Position numbers and translations under genes: made by a program. From assembly GCA_900540365.1 (NCBI GenBank), contig UQFN01000005.1:21231-85230 (forward strand): a stretch of DNA of 64,000 nt, written 5' to 3'. The stretch comes from an uncultured Mollicutes bacterium. Lineage in GTDB: Bacteria; Bacillota_I; Bacilli_A; RFN20; CAG-826. This document shows, in pieces, positions 7,789-16,414 of this stretch; within the stretch, counting starts at the first letter, position 1; every line of letters begins with the position of its first letter. The notes under the pieces were generated by a model that was not told the origin of the DNA, did not search any database, and was given only the letters and a program-made list of their open reading frames with translations.

Positions 7789-10254
7789 ATGAAAAAGTTT
7801 AATAAATTTTCTTTAACTTTATCCATAATATGCCTTAGTTTATTAGCAACTACTAGTATAGCATTTGCTAGTTATATGATTGCTGAACTTACTTATAATG
7901 ATTTTACATCTTCGGATTTAATTAGCAATGATAATTCAAGATTACATCAAATTATTTTTATAGATGATTCAACGCAAGTTGGTGAACTTTATGTTAAACC
8001 TGATAGTAAAATTGATTTAAGTGATGTTCCATATCTATTTAATTCCAATAATGAATTATTAGAATGGAAAGATAGCTCTGGATCAACAAAAATTAGTTTA
8101 ACTCAATCATTTACACCAACTTCTGATACAACTTTAACTGCTTCAGTTGTTTCTAAAACTGATTTAAATAGTGCTGTAAACGTTGAAAGTGGCTCAGGAG
8201 TATCAGTTTCTAGTAATTCTGTAACAATAAATCAAACTACATCTAGTGGTACATCTAATATAGTATCAATTAGCGGAAATATTGATAAAACAATTACGTC
8301 ACAAAGTTATGATGCATTTGGCTCAAATAATGTTTTTGCTGATCTAAGCGACAAGGAATCATTTTTTAGACCTGATAGAAAAAATCAAGCAAGTGGAAAC
8401 AATACTATTGGATTATCAGATAATACATTAGCAAACAAGATAAACTTATCAGGTGATTTAGTAATCACTAATTCAACTTTTAATATAAGTGCTTGGACAG
8501 GGTTTTATAATAGTTACGATTATTCGCAAATAAATTTCCAAGGCTATATAATTGGTAGTTACACACAGCTTGATTTATGTGGAAATAATTTGATTGTTGG
8601 CAACGGAGCAACCTTAAATGCTTATGGTCAAATTGTTGATAGCGTAGGCGGTGGTAAAATTATCGTTGAAAAAGGAGGGACTTTAAAATCAACCTTTGTT
8701 GTTGAAGATCATGTTCACGAGAGACACACTCCTGTTATATACGCATATGGTGGCAGTATTTTTTCAATGTATCGTATGGCATATTTAAATTGCGATATCG
8801 AATTTAGATATGGTTCTTCTGCTTATGGAATTTTGAGAATGGATTTTGGTGGCAATAATGATAATTTTTATGATGGGGAATTAAAACTTATTGGTACCGA
8901 CTCTTCATCATATATTCAAATGAATTCAAATAAAACTGATGGATATATTTTAAGAGAACATACAATTGATGCTGGTGTTCAAAGTGCAATATCTAGTAAT
9001 GATTTTTCTAAAAATAATCTTTTAAATCAAAAATATAAATATTCTTTTAATAACTTAGATATTACGATTAATCCACCAAAATTTAATATTTCATTTACTT
9101 CAGTACTAATTACTTTAAAATTCGATATAAATTTTGGTAAGGGAAACAATTTCATCCCACCATATTTTGATTTCTATTTATATGATACAAAAGTGACATT
9201 AAAAGCTAATTATACATTTTTGACTGGTTCATATTTATATGTCGATTCAAAATCGATAATTAACTTATCTGGTGATTCTAGTGGACATTTTCAGGCTCCA
9301 TCTTTAATTTCAGGTAAATTTACTGAACACTATTATCAAGCTAAAGGTGGTTTAAATTTTGTTTCTCAAAAATGGTATTTTAACGATGCAGTTACTTCAA
9401 AAGATAAAGGATGGTGTCTAGGAAGAGATAGCGAAGATGGTGGATTGTATGGTATTGGAAATAATATCATCTATTCTAGTACAAAAGTATTTTGGGGCTA
9501 TTTAAATAGAAGTAAACCAAGTTATTGCGATATGGAAGGTACTTTTACTTTTGATGATACTTATACTTCAACAACTACTAATGATAAAAAATATATGCTT
9601 GGTGGAAATATAAATATTTCGAATATTGAGACTTTTAAAAATGTAGTAAATTCAAGAAATGATGTTTATTTATATGGATCTACTGCTAAAATTGGACCAT
9701 GTGGATCTTATGGTGTGCCCTATAACTTTGGCACACATATAGTAGGTGTTACAGACTATTTTATTTCACCATTAATTAGTGATGGAAATGTCTTAACTAA
9801 TATGAAGGATAAAACTAAAGTAAGAGAAGATTACGCTAGTTCTTATTCTTCGTATAGTACGGAAACTGGATTAGTTAATTATGGTGGAAAATATTATGCT
9901 TTTATGACTACTAATGCTGAAGGAACATCTTTTAATAATGATAATTCAGGACATGTTAATAAGAGTAATTATGGTAGCGATGAAAACGCCTATCGAAATG
10001 GATTAGATTCTTGTTATGGTACATTTGTTGAAGTAACTAATAATTCTGCTAGTCATTCAGTTATTTGGAATAAAACTGGAGAGACTTATGTTTATTATCG
10101 TGGTATCTTTTTACCATTTACTTATGGTAGTTTAAGTTCTTCTACGGTTAATATGAATAAAATGTCAATTCAAGCTGTTGGAAATCGTACAATAATTTGG
10201 AAAACTTCTAGTACTGATAATTATTATGGGCATGGAGCATGGTGGATATTATGA
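7789..10254 (+). CDS. Cassette-1 giant protein C1 (about 821 aa) with TasA-style signal peptide and beta-helix-like Gly/Asn-rich repeats
   Basis: ATG 7789 gives MKKFNKFSLTLSIICLSLLATTSIAFASYMIAE. Segments such as GNNLIVGNGATLNAYGQIVDSVGGGKIIVEKGGTLKS look like passenger-type beta-helix rungs. Confidence 0.65.
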   Translation: MKKFNKFSLTLSIICLSLLATTSIAFASYMIAELTYNDFTSSDLISNDNSRLHQIIFIDDSTQVGELYVKPDSKIDLSDVPYLFNSNNELLEWKDSSGSTKISLTQSFTPTSDTTLTASVVSKTDLNSAVNVESGSGVSVSSNSVTINQTTSSGTSNIVSISGNIDKTITSQSYDAFGSNNVFADLSDKESFFRPDRKNQASGNNTIGLSDNTLANKINLSGDLVITNSTFNISAWTGFYNSYDYSQINFQGYIIGSYTQLDLCGNNLIVGNGATLNAYGQIVDSVGGGKIIVEKGGTLKSTFVVEDHVHERHTPVIYAYGGSIFSMYRMAYLNCDIEFRYGSSAYGILRMDFGGNNDNFYDGELKLIGTDSSSYIQMNSNKTDGYILREHTIDAGVQSAISSNDFSKNNLLNQKYKYSFNNLDITINPPKFNISFTSVLITLKFDINFGKGNNFIPPYFDFYLYDTKVTLKANYTFLTGSYLYVDSKSIINLSGDSSGHFQAPSLISGKFTEHYYQAKGGLNFVSQKWYFNDAVTSKDKGWCLGRDSEDGGLYGIGNNIIYSSTKVFWGYLNRSKPSYCDMEGTFTFDDTYTSTTTNDKKYMLGGNINISNIETFKNVVNSRNDVYLYGSTAKIGPCGSYGVPYNFGTHIVGVTDYFISPLISDGNVLTNMKDKTKVREDYASSYSSYSTETGLVNYGGKYYAFMTTNAEGTSFNNDNSGHVNKSNYGSDENAYRNGLDSCYGTFVEVTNNSASHSVIWNKTGETYVYYRGIFLPFTYGSLSSSTVNMNKMSIQAVGNRTIIWKTSSTDNYYGHGAWWIL

Positions 10255-10985
10255 TAAATGAAAATAAAATGATTGAAGTTAAAAATTTAAATAAATCCTA
10301 TGGTAAACATCAAGTGCTCTTTGATGTTAATTTTGATATTTATGAAGGGGAGTTATTTGGCTTAATTGGTAAAAATGGAGCTGGAAAATCTACTACTATT
10401 GAATGTATTTTAGGAGCTAAAAAATTCGATAGTGGAGAAATTTTAGTTGATCATAAAAATATTAATAAAGATGCTTTAGAAATTAAAAAAATAATTGGTT
10501 ATGTTCCTAGTGAACCAACTTGTTATTTAGATATGACTGGTTATGATTACTTAAATTTTGTTGGAAGTTTATATCAAGTAAGTTTTAAAACTTTTATCGA
10601 TAATGTTGATTTTTTAGTTAAATTATTTGATTTTTTAGAAAAAGATTTATATCGACCAATTAGAGAATATTCTCATGGTATGCAACAAAAGATATGTTTA
10701 ATGGCTTCTTTAATTCATAATCCTAAAATTTGGATTTTAGATGAACCAACAGTTGGTCTAGATCCTGTTGCTGCTAATGAATTAACTAAATTAATAAAAG
10801 AATTTATTAAACATAATAAATCTTGTTTTATTGCTTCACATAATATTGAGATGATTGCTAAATTATGTGACCGAGTTGCAATTGTTAAAGATGGAGAAAT
10901 TAGTGAAATTATCGATTTAAAAAATAATCCAAATATGCGTAGTAAGATACCAAGTATTTTTATGAAAGTTTATAATTTATTATGA
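10251..10985 (+). CDS. ABC transporter ATP-binding protein (ABC-2 exporter type) with degenerate signature motif
   Basis: ATGA overlap with the C1 stop. Walker A is GKNGAGKST. The signature position reads YSHGMQQK instead of LSGGQ. Walker B is WILDEPTVGLD. Confidence 0.85.
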   Translation: MINENKMIEVKNLNKSYGKHQVLFDVNFDIYEGELFGLIGKNGAGKSTTIECILGAKKFDSGEILVDHKNINKDALEIKKIIGYVPSEPTCYLDMTGYDYLNFVGSLYQVSFKTFIDNVDFLVKLFDFLEKDLYRPIREYSHGMQQKICLMASLIHNPKIWILDEPTVGLDPVAANELTKLIKEFIKHNKSCFIASHNIEMIAKLCDRVAIVKDGEISEIIDLKNNPNMRSKIPSIFMKVYNLL

Positions 10986-12595
10986 TTACTTTAAAAATTG
11001 CTTTAAAAGAAATTATGTCATTAGCCTTTTTTAACAAAAAAGGTTATAAAAAGTATCTTTCGTTAGCTACTTCAATTATTTTAATGGCTTTTTTTATCTT
11101 CTTAGAATGTTTTTTATACATTATGATTTTTAATAAAGTCGATGTATTTATAGATTTAAATTATTCTTTAATTATTATTATTTTATCGATATTTACTTTT
11201 ATTGGAACAATCTATTCGATGATTACTTGTAATAAAATATTTTTCTCTAATAAAAAAGAAAGAATAATTTTAGGAATTTCTCCAGTTAATATTTTAGAAG
11301 TTATTATTGGAAAATTAATTTTTGTTTATTTAAAGACTTTTATTTATTTTACTTCAACCTTTTTTGTATTTGCTTTAACTTATGGAATTAAAGTTCAAAC
11401 AGATTTTATATATTTTATTTGGATGTTTCTTTCTATTTTTATTTTAAGTTTAATGAGTGTAGGATTAGGAATATTATTTACTATTCCTTTTAGAGAAATT
11501 ATTAAATTAGTAGTAAGGTTTAAAATTATTAGTTTTATTTTAATTGTTATTTTAATTATATTACTTGCTGTTGGATATAATTTATTAATGAAATTATTTA
11601 TTGATTTATTAAGAAATGCTTCTTTAGATACTTTATTTACAACTCAAAATGTAGAAACTTTAAAAAAAGTTGCTAATAGTTTATATCCTTTAAAAAGTGT
11701 TGTTGATTATGCTTTAGTAATTAATAGCGGAGTTAATGCTTTAATTATTTTAACTTTTAGTCTTTTATCTATTTTATTTGGAGTGTTCTTTTTCTACTTC
11801 TATTTAAAAAATTATTATCATAACGATGATCAAGCTAAAGATATTAATAAAGTAAAATCTAAAAAAGTAAAATTAATTTCTCCAATACAAGCTTTAATAA
11901 AAAAGGAATTTTTATTGTTATTAAATAATAATGATGGATTATTTTCATATATCTTTTTAGTAATTTTACAACCATTCCTTGTTTATAGCGTTATTTCTAG
12001 TTTAAATTTAATTTTTTCTACTGGTAATTTTATTTATATAAACACTTTATTTCCTGAAATTTATTTATGTGTTGATATTTTACCAATCTTATTATTTTTA
12101 TCAGTTATTAATATGACATCTTCAATGTCTTTAACAAAAGAACGTCAAACCTTAATCATTATGAAAACAATTCCAGTTTCCTTTTTTAAACAAGTATTAG
12201 TTAAACTAGGAGTAAATTTTGTTGTTTCATTAATATCATATATAGCAACATTAATTACTTTAATTGCTACAAAAGAAATTAGTTTATATACTTTCTTATT
12301 TTTAATTATTATTGGAACATTAGCTTTACTTTGTTTAAATATTATTTCAATTAAAAGTGATTTTAAATTTAAAGCAAATTCCGATTTATTATCAATTTTA
12401 GTTGGTTTTGTTTTCCCTGTTTTATATGTTGTAGTTGCCACAATATTTATAATTTTTATAGAAACTTCTCAAACTGAAATTTTCTTTTTAAGTATAATAG
12501 CTCTTTTAGAATTAATTACTTTAGGAATTCTACTAATTAAATTTAAATCAAAAATTACTGAACAATTTTTAAATTATGAGGGGGTAAGTCTATGA
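10982..12595 (+). CDS. ABC exporter permease, about 12 TM
   Basis: ATGA overlaps on both sides. The 537-aa protein is uniformly hydrophobic with two 6-TM halves. Confidence 0.7.
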   Translation: MITLKIALKEIMSLAFFNKKGYKKYLSLATSIILMAFFIFLECFLYIMIFNKVDVFIDLNYSLIIIILSIFTFIGTIYSMITCNKIFFSNKKERIILGISPVNILEVIIGKLIFVYLKTFIYFTSTFFVFALTYGIKVQTDFIYFIWMFLSIFILSLMSVGLGILFTIPFREIIKLVVRFKIISFILIVILIILLAVGYNLLMKLFIDLLRNASLDTLFTTQNVETLKKVANSLYPLKSVVDYALVINSGVNALIILTFSLLSILFGVFFFYFYLKNYYHNDDQAKDINKVKSKKVKLISPIQALIKKEFLLLLNNNDGLFSYIFLVILQPFLVYSVISSLNLIFSTGNFIYINTLFPEIYLCVDILPILLFLSVINMTSSMSLTKERQTLIIMKTIPVSFFKQVLVKLGVNFVVSLISYIATLITLIATKEISLYTFLFLIIIGTLALLCLNIISIKSDFKFKANSDLLSILVGFVFPVLYVVVATIFIIFIETSQTEIFFLSIIALLELITLGILLIKFKSKITEQFLNYEGVSL

Positions 12596-15117
12596 AAACT
12601 AAAGCTATTATTTTTCTATTAATTTTACCCTTAGTTATTTCTATTTTAGCTTTTGTATCTTCGAGCTTTTTTATTCGCGGAGTAGAACAAGATATAACTG
12701 CTATTAGTTGGAATTATAAATCTAATGAAGGTTTTTTAATTAGTGAAGGTAAAGTTAAACTAGAAGCTAAACCAATTTATGATGAACGTTATCCTTTAAG
12801 TGAAGGTAATAATTTAGTTTGGACTTTAAATAATAATGATTATTGTAAATTAGAAATTATTAATGATGAAACTTACTTAGTTCCTTTTTCTCCAGGAAGT
12901 ACAATTGTTACTTGTCAAAATGAAAAGCAAACAATTACACAATCATTTACAGCAGTAATTATTGGTGATGAAGGAGCGATTATTCTTAATCCAATAATTC
13001 CTTTTTCAAAAAATAGTATTTCTTCAACTAATTATGTTGGTTTATATGAATCAACAACTAGTTATGATAATAATCAAATTGATACTACTTTAAAACTTGA
13101 AGTTGAAATTATTGGAGGAAGTTCTTCTATTGCAACTTTAAGTGTTGATCATAGTGACAATATTGAATTTAATGTTGATAAAAAAGAAATTACTTTCTTA
13201 AAAGAAGGCGAAGCTTATTTACGTTTATATCGCAGTTATTCTTCTAAAGGTGAAGCGTATCTTAACTTTGATATTGTTAAGGCAGTGAATATTTATAATT
13301 ATGAAGGATTAATAAATGTCACTAATAAAACTAATAAAAAGTATCCTGCAGTTTTAAGAGTTAATTTAGAATCCTTCGATAATACTTATATTGTAAATAA
13401 AGATAATACTTTAACAAAAAAATCAAATGATACTGAACTATTTGGTCAACTTGATGAAAATAATAAAGTAAAGTCTTTTATTGATGATCTTTATATTTTT
13501 GAAACTACCTATAATCATGATTTTTTAAATAGTTGGAATGAGTCAGTCAAAAATAATTTGATAGAAAATGCCTATGAAACACCAATTATTCGTTATGCTG
13601 GAGTACATATTCAATCAGATTTTTATGGAAATGGTTTTACAATTAATACTCATGAATTAGTATATCCAAGTTTAACCCAATCGATTAATGTCGATGGTAA
13701 TACTATTGTTGTTCCTTTATTAAGTGATGAAGATTTATATCGTGGTCCATTAGCTTTTGTGACAATGGGAGATCCCAATTATATTTTTGATCAAACAATT
13801 CAAAAGCCAATTTTTACTATATTTGGACAAGATAATAGTTCATTTTATATTAACGATGATAATGTTACTGTTGATAATGTTCATTTTAAAGGTTGTGATT
13901 TTGGTAACAACTTAACTAATTTACAATATACTGGTTCAACTCTTGATATTAATGCTAACAATGTTGTAATTCAAAATAGTATTTTAGAAAATAATCGTAA
14001 TATAATTCGTTCATATTCAAGTAAAAATTTATTAATTGATAATTGCTTATTAAGAAATTCAATGGAATTTCTATTTAGAAGTGGATCTAATGAATTTAAT
14101 AAAGTGAATTATGATGAAAATGTTCGTTATTTAGGAGAAAATAATGTTTCATATATTACTTCAAAAAGTAATTATTTAAGTAAACAAATTTTTACTGATA
14201 ATGGTCTAGATGATATTTCTAAAAGTTATCGAGCCGATTCATTATTAACTAATTCTGCTGTAGTTAATACTCAAGCTAATGAATTTTTAAATACTCCATT
14301 ACAAGGTTATACTAAAGAAGAGTTTATTATTGGACAACAAACTATTCGTGAAGCATTAACTAACCTTGAAGGAATTTATGGTGAAAATAATAAAAAAGTT
14401 TATGCAGGAAATACTATTATTAATGATACTTATTTCCAAAATAGTGGAATTTCTGCAATTTCGATGGATACTTTATATCAAGGTCCATTCTTAGAAACTA
14501 ATATTACTTCTTTATTTATATTTTTATTAGGAATTTATACAAGTTTCCTTCCTAAAAATTTAGCCTTAACTAGTTATCCAACATTATTAACTTTAAGTGG
14601 AGATATAAGATTTTATGATTGGAAAAATAAAAATAATTTATATTTTGAATCTTTAGTTGATGAAGATATTGCTGGTTTAATAATTGCTCATGGTGGATTA
14701 GGTTCAAGTTTTGAAGTTAATATTAGTGAAGATGATTATTTACCAATTAAAAAGATCTTGTTAGATAATTATTCAAGTGATGTTTTAAGTAATGATCAAT
14801 TAAACATTCCAATCTATTTCCAAGGCGGAGGATATAATGCTAGTGAAGTTATTATTGATGAAGAATTAAAATCTTACTTTAATTCAATACCTTACGATAT
14901 TGATCCATTTGTATATTCATTAGATTTAAAACAAACTCCATCAACTCATTTTATGAGTGATCCACAAGCTAAATATGAGGCTATGAAAATTGCAATGTTA
15001 AGAGCGTCTTCGAATTTTATAGGTTTATATTCATATAAATTATTAACTTTAAATAATGAAGTTTCTAAATGGATTGGGGAAACTCCTAATATTAATGATT
15101 TAATTTCTAGAGCTTAA
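12592..15117 (+). CDS. Large secreted/anchored protein with Ig-like segment and right-handed beta-helix-like repeats
   Basis: N-terminus is MKTKAIIFLLILPLVISILAFVSSSFFIRG. GSTIVTCQNEKQTITQSFTAVIIG looks like a Big_2 domain. NNVVIQNSILENNRNIIRSYSSKNLLIDNCLLRNS looks like parallel beta-helix rungs. Confidence 0.6.
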   Translation: MKTKAIIFLLILPLVISILAFVSSSFFIRGVEQDITAISWNYKSNEGFLISEGKVKLEAKPIYDERYPLSEGNNLVWTLNNNDYCKLEIINDETYLVPFSPGSTIVTCQNEKQTITQSFTAVIIGDEGAIILNPIIPFSKNSISSTNYVGLYESTTSYDNNQIDTTLKLEVEIIGGSSSIATLSVDHSDNIEFNVDKKEITFLKEGEAYLRLYRSYSSKGEAYLNFDIVKAVNIYNYEGLINVTNKTNKKYPAVLRVNLESFDNTYIVNKDNTLTKKSNDTELFGQLDENNKVKSFIDDLYIFETTYNHDFLNSWNESVKNNLIENAYETPIIRYAGVHIQSDFYGNGFTINTHELVYPSLTQSINVDGNTIVVPLLSDEDLYRGPLAFVTMGDPNYIFDQTIQKPIFTIFGQDNSSFYINDDNVTVDNVHFKGCDFGNNLTNLQYTGSTLDINANNVVIQNSILENNRNIIRSYSSKNLLIDNCLLRNSMEFLFRSGSNEFNKVNYDENVRYLGENNVSYITSKSNYLSKQIFTDNGLDDISKSYRADSLLTNSAVVNTQANEFLNTPLQGYTKEEFIIGQQTIREALTNLEGIYGENNKKVYAGNTIINDTYFQNSGISAISMDTLYQGPFLETNITSLFIFLLGIYTSFLPKNLALTSYPTLLTLSGDIRFYDWKNKNNLYFESLVDEDIAGLIIAHGGLGSSFEVNISEDDYLPIKKILLDNYSSDVLSNDQLNIPIYFQGGGYNASEVIIDEELKSYFNSIPYDIDPFVYSLDLKQTPSTHFMSDPQAKYEAMKIAMLRASSNFIGLYSYKLLTLNNEVSKWIGETPNINDLISRA

Positions 15118-15123
15118 AATTTT

Positions 15124-15152
15124 AAAAAATAGTTGAGTTTTAAAAGATTTTT
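15124..15152. repeat. Copy of dispersed ~28-nt intergenic motif (reverse orientation)
   Basis: aaaaaatagttgagttttaaaagattttt, preceded by taaaatttt as in the long inverted repeats at 41518/45394. Confidence 0.55.
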
Positions 15153-15200
15153 AAAAATTCTAATGAGTTTTCTCTTAATAATATGCTTTATTAATAAATT

Positions 15201-15224
15201 AAAAGCAGCTTGTTAGCTGCTTTT
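15201..15224. terminator. Bidirectional rho-independent terminator between convergent genes
   Basis: aaaa GCAGCT tgtt AGCTGC tttt: a 6-bp GC-containing stem flanked by an A-run and a T-run. Confidence 0.7.
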
Positions 15225-16413
15225 AATATTTAAATATTTCAATTTCCATATCACTAGTTGGATAAGAACAACATGGATGGAAGAAATGATATTTTTTATC
15301 AGTCATACGTAATTTCTCGTACTTAGTTGCTACATAAGTTCCTTTAATAATTCGACTTCTACAAAAACCACATCCACCTAAATGACATTTACTTCTAATA
15401 GGAAGTCCGCTTCTTTCTAAAGCTGTTAAAATAGTTTCGTTTGCATTAGCTTTAATTTCATAAACTTCATGCTCACAATTAACTTTAATATTATAAATAC
15501 TACTATCACTAATATCTAAATTAGTAGCTGTTCTTTCAATACGAATAAATTTCTTTTCTAAGTTAAGTTTTGATAACTCTTTATCTAAAAATTCAATCAT
15601 CGCACTAGGTCCAGCAGCAAAAATAGAATATTGTTCATCTTTTGGAGCATATTTCTTAATTAGATTAACATCAATAAATCCATGTTCATAATTAGGATTA
15701 TTTTCTTCACTTAAAACATAAACTACTTTTACTTTATGATTAGTGTTTTCTTCAATTTCTTTAAATTCTTTTTCAAATATTTTATCTTTTAATGTTCTTA
15801 TACCAAAAAGAATAGTTAAATTAAAGTCTTCACTTTTTTCATTAATAGCTTTTGCCATTGATAAAAATGGAGTAATACCAGTTCCTCCAGCTAGAGCAAT
15901 AACATTTTTAGCATCTCTTAATTTGTTATAAGTTAAATTTCCACCGACTTCACTAGCAATTAATTTATCATTAACTTTAGCTTCATCCAATAAATAAGAT
16001 GATAGTAAACCATCACTTTTTCTTTTAATAGTTACTTTATAAATATTATTTAAAGCTTCTTTTGGTGAAGATGATAAGGAATAAGTTCTAGCAACCACAT
16101 TATTTTTAGTTGCTACATCTTTAAACATAATTGAAATATATGATCCTGCTTTAAATGGAGCAAGTTCTTTTGTTTCACTTTCTTTATCATTAGTTAAAAC
16201 AAAAGTTTTAGTATCATAATTTTCTTCGATAATTTCTTTTATTACTAAATGTTGTTTTTCAGGATGAAAAATACGTGCTAAATGGTTAACATAATATTCT
16301 TCTTTTAAAGGTTTAGCAGGAGTATTTTCAATTGCTTCTAATCGATCACGTTTAAGATTTTTAAACTTCAACATGTCGAAAATTCCAATTAAACCAACTT
16401 TTACTTTTAACAT
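15223..16413 (-). CDS. Ferredoxin-NAD(P) reductase-type flavoprotein with C-terminal 2Fe-2S domain
   Basis: RTYSLSSSP is the FAD RxYS motif. GGTGITPFLSM is the NAD(P) site. The C-terminal Cys cluster is CHLGGCGFCRSR. Confidence 0.8.
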   Translation of the reverse strand: MLKVKVGLIGIFDMLKFKNLKRDRLEAIENTPAKPLKEEYYVNHLARIFHPEKQHLVIKEIIEENYDTKTFVLTNDKESETKELAPFKAGSYISIMFKDVATKNNVVARTYSLSSSPKEALNNIYKVTIKRKSDGLLSSYLLDEAKVNDKLIASEVGGNLTYNKLRDAKNVIALAGGTGITPFLSMAKAINEKSEDFNLTILFGIRTLKDKIFEKEFKEIEENTNHKVKVVYVLSEENNPNYEHGFIDVNLIKKYAPKDEQYSIFAAGPSAMIEFLDKELSKLNLEKKFIRIERTATNLDISDSSIYNIKVNCEHEVYEIKANANETILTALERSGLPIRSKCHLGGCGFCRSRIIKGTYVATKYEKLRMTDKKYHFFHPCCSYPTSDMEIEIFKY

Positions 16414-16414
16414 C

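Noticed and set aside
12145-12441. 98-aa minus-strand ORF inside the ABC permease gene. The same applies to the ORFs at 15743..15931, 17715..17933, 21201..21386, 28072..28347, 32367..32567, 41778..42038, 42801..42995, 44693..44941, 46847..47029, 53193..53384, 54151..54342, 57859..58044 and 62749..62937.
   Set aside because: All lie antisense within much longer, well-supported genes. They have low-complexity composition typical of AT-rich shadow frames and lack RBS-like sequences.
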